A stretch of 64,000 nt of DNA. It comes from an uncultured candidate division Zixibacteria bacterium (GTDB taxonomy: Bacteria > Zixibacteria > MSB-5A5 > GN15 > FEB-12). How positions within the stretch are numbered: the first letter of the stretch is position 1; each line of letters starts with the position of its first letter. Below, one piece after another: positions 60,887 through 64,000 of this stretch. The notes beneath the pieces were generated by a model. It had not been told where the DNA came from. It saw only the letters and a list, made by a program, of their open reading frames with translations, and made no database searches. The translations under genes were made by a program, and so were the position numbers. The stretch is taken from NCBI GenBank assembly GCA_963664195.1, contig OY760907.1, positions 128,001-192,000 on the forward strand, read 5' to 3'.

Positions 60887-62299
60887 TCAGTCTTCGTCTT
60901 TGACTTCAGAGGCCAGGATTTTGTTGCCCTCAAGACTAAGGGAACACCTGCCCATATCTTCAAGTATGTCCCGATAGACGATACCGAAACTGGCTCTCAC
61001 CCCGGGATAAATCTTCTCTTCCGCGACAATACGAGCATCGGCAAATTGAGCCAGTTCCGCCTCGATTTCCTTTTTTCCCGCTGTCAGGGCCTCAAGCGAC
61101 GCCGGCAGTTCCTTCTGAAATATCTCCAGCTTGTCCATGGCGGCCTGTTTTTCCGGAGGCAGTTTGCCGTCCATCTGGATACGATACAACGCGTAGAGAG
61201 CCTCTTTTACGCGTTCGCCGTCTTCAGTTTGACGCGCGATTTCACCCTTGACCTCGGAGTACTTCTTCATGAGCTCCTGATCGAAGCCGACCGTCAGATT
61301 GGTAGCGGTACCGGCCTCAGAGCCAAGAACGGATGCCCGAATGGTTCTGCGGGCACGAATATCGCCTCCCACAATCTTACCGTTGCGACTCTTAACGAGC
61401 ACCTTCTGCCCGGCAGTCACGGTGCAGTTGACAATCTCCGCCCCGACATGGATTTCGTTACCGGCGTGCAGGTTCTGACCCTCGGCGTACTTGATCGTAA
61501 TATCGCCCCCGGCTCGCATTACGCCGTTGCCATCGCCGAAGAATCCGCCCTTCACTGCAATGTCACCCTTGACTTCGATTTCGCAGTCTTCGACGTTTCC
61601 ATTGACTTCAAGATCGCCATCGATTTTGATAGTATACCCGGCCTTGATGCCGCCGCTGATCGTCACCGATCCCTTGCAGTCGATATTGCCGACATTGTGA
61701 TCAACGTCACCTCTAATGACGACCACATCATTGACGGACACCTTGCCATATTGGAACTGAATGGCGCCACTTGCAGATGCGAGAAGGTTCAATCCGTCCT
61801 CGGCGATCTCTGTATTGACGCCGCTATTGAACGGAACATCTCGACCTGCCGGTCCCTTGATTTCCTTGCCCAGCACAGTCATACCGGACTTGCCTTCAGT
61901 CGGCGGGACCTTGGTCGCAAGGACGGCACCCTTCTCGGTATTCTGAATGAAACTGATTTCTTTGTAGTCTATGTGCCCGTCGTCACCCTCTTTGGGTTTA
62001 CGAGACTCGTTTGTATCGAAGTGATAGATGAAACTGGCCGCCACGCCTCGTCTCGGTTTGTGACCGGACGCTATTTTCAGTGGCGTATTGAATTCCTTAT
62101 TGGCAATCGCCTTTTCTACCGCATCCCTATCGATCCCGTACACCACCCCACCGTCTTCGATAACCTTGAGTATATCCTCAACCGTTATCTGCGGCTCGTC
62201 CGGTTTCGGCTGCCTGAGCAGGATGGATGCCACCATAGAATCTTTGCTAACGGTCAGGCTAATAAGTGAACGTTTGCGTTCGTTTGCGGTCTCTGCCAT
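60887..62299 (-). CDS. fapA: FapA (DUF342) family protein
   Basis: VS.D.M.A, GVVYGID, G.IDYKE, GDVD..VGNID..G.V.I.G, IVGG, coiled-coil C-terminus, IYPGV. Confidence 0.88.
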   Translation of the reverse strand: MAETANERKRSLISLTVSKDSMVASILLRQPKPDEPQITVEDILKVIEDGGVVYGIDRDAVEKAIANKEFNTPLKIASGHKPRRGVAASFIYHFDTNESRKPKEGDDGHIDYKEISFIQNTEKGAVLATKVPPTEGKSGMTVLGKEIKGPAGRDVPFNSGVNTEIAEDGLNLLASASGAIQFQYGKVSVNDVVVIRGDVDHNVGNIDCKGSVTISGGIKAGYTIKIDGDLEVNGNVEDCEIEVKGDIAVKGGFFGDGNGVMRAGGDITIKYAEGQNLHAGNEIHVGAEIVNCTVTAGQKVLVKSRNGKIVGGDIRARRTIRASVLGSEAGTATNLTVGFDQELMKKYSEVKGEIARQTEDGERVKEALYALYRIQMDGKLPPEKQAAMDKLEIFQKELPASLEALTAGKKEIEAELAQFADARIVAEEKIYPGVRASFGIVYRDILEDMGRCSLSLEGNKILASEVKDED

Positions 62300-62317
62300 G
62301 ATGTTTTCTATCGCTTC

Positions 62318-62725
62318 CTAGCAGCCTTCAGGTGATTCCACGTCTGATCCTGACAATAGCCGCCAATAAGCTCTCTCGACTACGAGAGAGATCTCAAAAC
62401 TCTTAAAAGGCTTCGTAATATATTCATCTGCCCCCAACAGCAGAGCATCTTTCACAGTGTAGGTATCTCCGTAGGCAGTCATCATGATGATTCCGACGTG
62501 TGAATACGCTTCCTTGACAATCTTGAGCAGTTCAAATCCATCCATTCGAGGCATCTTGAGATCGGAGATGACCAGGTCAACCCGCTCTTTTTCAAGCACG
62601 GCCAAAGCCTCAAGGCCGTCGCCGGCGGTGATCACTTTGTACCCATCTCTTACCAGAATCTTCTGCAGAAGATTCCTCATCATCGACTCGTCGTCGGCCA
62701 CGAGAACGGTGATTGCGGTCTTCAT
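62318..62725 (-). CDS. Single-domain response regulator
   Basis: VLVADDE, DLVISDLKMPRMDG, MMTAY, YITKPF. Confidence 0.92.
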   Translation of the reverse strand: MKTAITVLVADDESMMRNLLQKILVRDGYKVITAGDGLEALAVLEKERVDLVISDLKMPRMDGFELLKIVKEAYSHVGIIMMTAYGDTYTVKDALLLGADEYITKPFKSFEISLVVERAYWRLLSGSDVESPEGC

Positions 62726-62795
62726 ACGGCTATATCCCTCTCCGTTCTGCTGAGTGTGTCAGATGCACACAAACCAATGTTGTCAGAGTTCGTCA

Positions 62796-63227
62796 TCAGG
62801 CATCGACCGATCTTCGGTCAAGCGCCGAGGTCAGCTCGGATATGAAATCCTCGAGTCTGATCGGCTTGTACATTACTTTGCATGCTCCCAGAACGCCAGC
62901 TTGGTTGATCAGTTTATCGGTGGCGTTACCAGTAATGACCATGACCGGCACCTTTGGCGACGTCTTCTTGATCTCACTCAGTGCGTCAAGCCCGGAGATT
63001 TCCGGCATAATCAGGTCCAGCGTGATCAGGTCGTAGCTGTTTTCGCCTGCTTTCTTGATCGCCTCTGCGCCGTCTATAGCCAGATCAACGTCAAAAGCGT
63101 CGGTAACGTCACAGAAGTCCCTGAAGACCTCTCGAACCCATTGCTCATCATCGACAATGAGGACGCGGTAAGGTTTGCCTCGCTCCTTGGCCTGGCGAGT
63201 CAGTCTTTCGAGACTTGCCTCAGTCAT
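62796..63227 (-). CDS. Single-domain response regulator
   Basis: VLIVDDE, DLITLDLIMPEISG, VITG, MYKP. Confidence 0.92.
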   Translation of the reverse strand: MTEASLERLTRQAKERGKPYRVLIVDDEQWVREVFRDFCDVTDAFDVDLAIDGAEAIKKAGENSYDLITLDLIMPEISGLDALSEIKKTSPKVPVMVITGNATDKLINQAGVLGACKVMYKPIRLEDFISELTSALDRRSVDA

Positions 63228-63361
63228 ATTCTGCCTCTCTGTTTCCGGTCATGGAATGAATAGCCCTCGGGATAGCCCCTCTGAAGCCATCAGCCCTATT
63301 TCCGATTATCGTCATCCGGTATCGATTCCTTCAGCCCTGCGGGCGGAAAGTCGCGCAATAA

Positions 63362-63745
63362 TCAGGCAACCACGTCGGTAACCTGGGCGAGAGTCTCTTG
63401 TATCCTCATGCACTGCTGCGCTACAGATTCCAGCTTATCCTCGATGTGGTCGCGCGTCACCTGCCCGGAAGGCAGTTGAAACACCATCTTTTCCTTGTTT
63501 CTTGCCGCGTTCAGGATGTAGGTAATTTCCTGAACCACCTTGATCGTACCGTTGACCAAACGAATGAACTCCGGTTCCATCTGTTTGAGCTGCTCGGAAT
63601 TGCCGCTGGCCTTGGCCTTAGCCAGGTACAGTGCCAGATTGAGCGCGAGATCCTTGGTGTCTTCGTTAAGAGCGTCTACGGTTTCCAGCAGTTCAAGGGC
63701 TTCCTGTCGATTCTGTTCATCAGTACGTGTCACGCAATCACTCAC
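63362..63745 (-). CDS. Hypothetical helical protein
   Basis: Coiled-coil-like; co-oriented within the operon; TKDLALNLA faintly resembles an MCP signalling helix. Confidence 0.65.
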   Translation of the reverse strand: MSDCVTRTDEQNRQEALELLETVDALNEDTKDLALNLALYLAKAKASGNSEQLKQMEPEFIRLVNGTIKVVQEITYILNAARNKEKMVFQLPSGQVTRDHIEDKLESVAQQCMRIQETLAQVTDVVA

Positions 63746-63757
63746 CTGTTTGGGCAG

Positions 63758-64000
63758 CTAACGCTGCGTTGATTTGTCAAGATTGAGCATTCGGTCATCG
63801 GTCGAATCGCCCAGATAGGCCTCCGACACGGTGGAATCAAATCTCAGAAGCTTCCGATTCACTTCCCCTATCCGCATGGCCGCGTCGTCGATCCGATCCA
63901 AACGTGTCCGCATCTTCTCGCTGGCATCCTTCATCTCCATCATGAGAATCTGGATATGCCCGACAATCACCGACAGGGGATTATTGATTTCATGGTTTAT
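63758..64000 (-). CDS. C-terminus of a HisKA-domain protein lacking a HATPase domain; runs off the right edge
   Basis: Open from position 64000: INHEINNPLSVIVG..RI..Y....MLNLDKS-stop. Confidence 0.8.
   Translation of the reverse strand: MNHEINNPLSVIVGHIQILMMEMKDASEKMRTRLDRIDDAAMRIGEVNRKLLRFDSTVSEAYLGDSTDDRMLNLDKSTQR

Overview
A 64-kb, mostly GC-rich bacterial chromosomal window. Repeated C-terminal dockerin-like 'VTMxDLTxLIDHLFISL' modules plus T9SS/FlgD-type C-terminal domains suggest an FCB-group anaerobe, probably Zixibacteria-like (inference). Left to right it contains: (1) a ZnuA-like binding protein with an RHH/Cys-rich regulator, divergent from crcB-DUF190; (2) a run of secreted dockerin-tagged proteins and a decaying five-gene surface-protein operon, including a metzincin-like lipoprotein gene split by a complete IS481 with a 7-bp target duplication; (3) an hdrC-hdrB-sdhB-like-sdhA-like operon without a membrane anchor; (4) an internally deleted MBL hydrolase, an unusual cyanophycin-synthetase-N-domain/receiver fusion, and an ErcA-like ADH coupled to a giant PAS/GAF/PocR hybrid kinase; (5) an AT-rich glycosyltransferase patch; (6) a sigma54 XylR/V4R activator upstream of gdh and two ATP-grasp PPDK_N proteins that lack a pyruvate domain, one fused to a nucleotidyltransferase, converging on a metallophosphoesterase; (7) more secreted proteins; (8) an orphan RHS toxin/immunity array with REP-like repeats, tRNA-Arg with integrase and IS3 remnants, and tRNA-Ser; (9) fapA with response regulators. 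The best candidates for undescribed systems are the gdh/PPDK_N/NTase locus, the CphA-N-receiver fusion beside ErcA/ErcS, and the Hdr-Sdh hybrid operon. All product calls come from motif recognition by eye; no searches were run.
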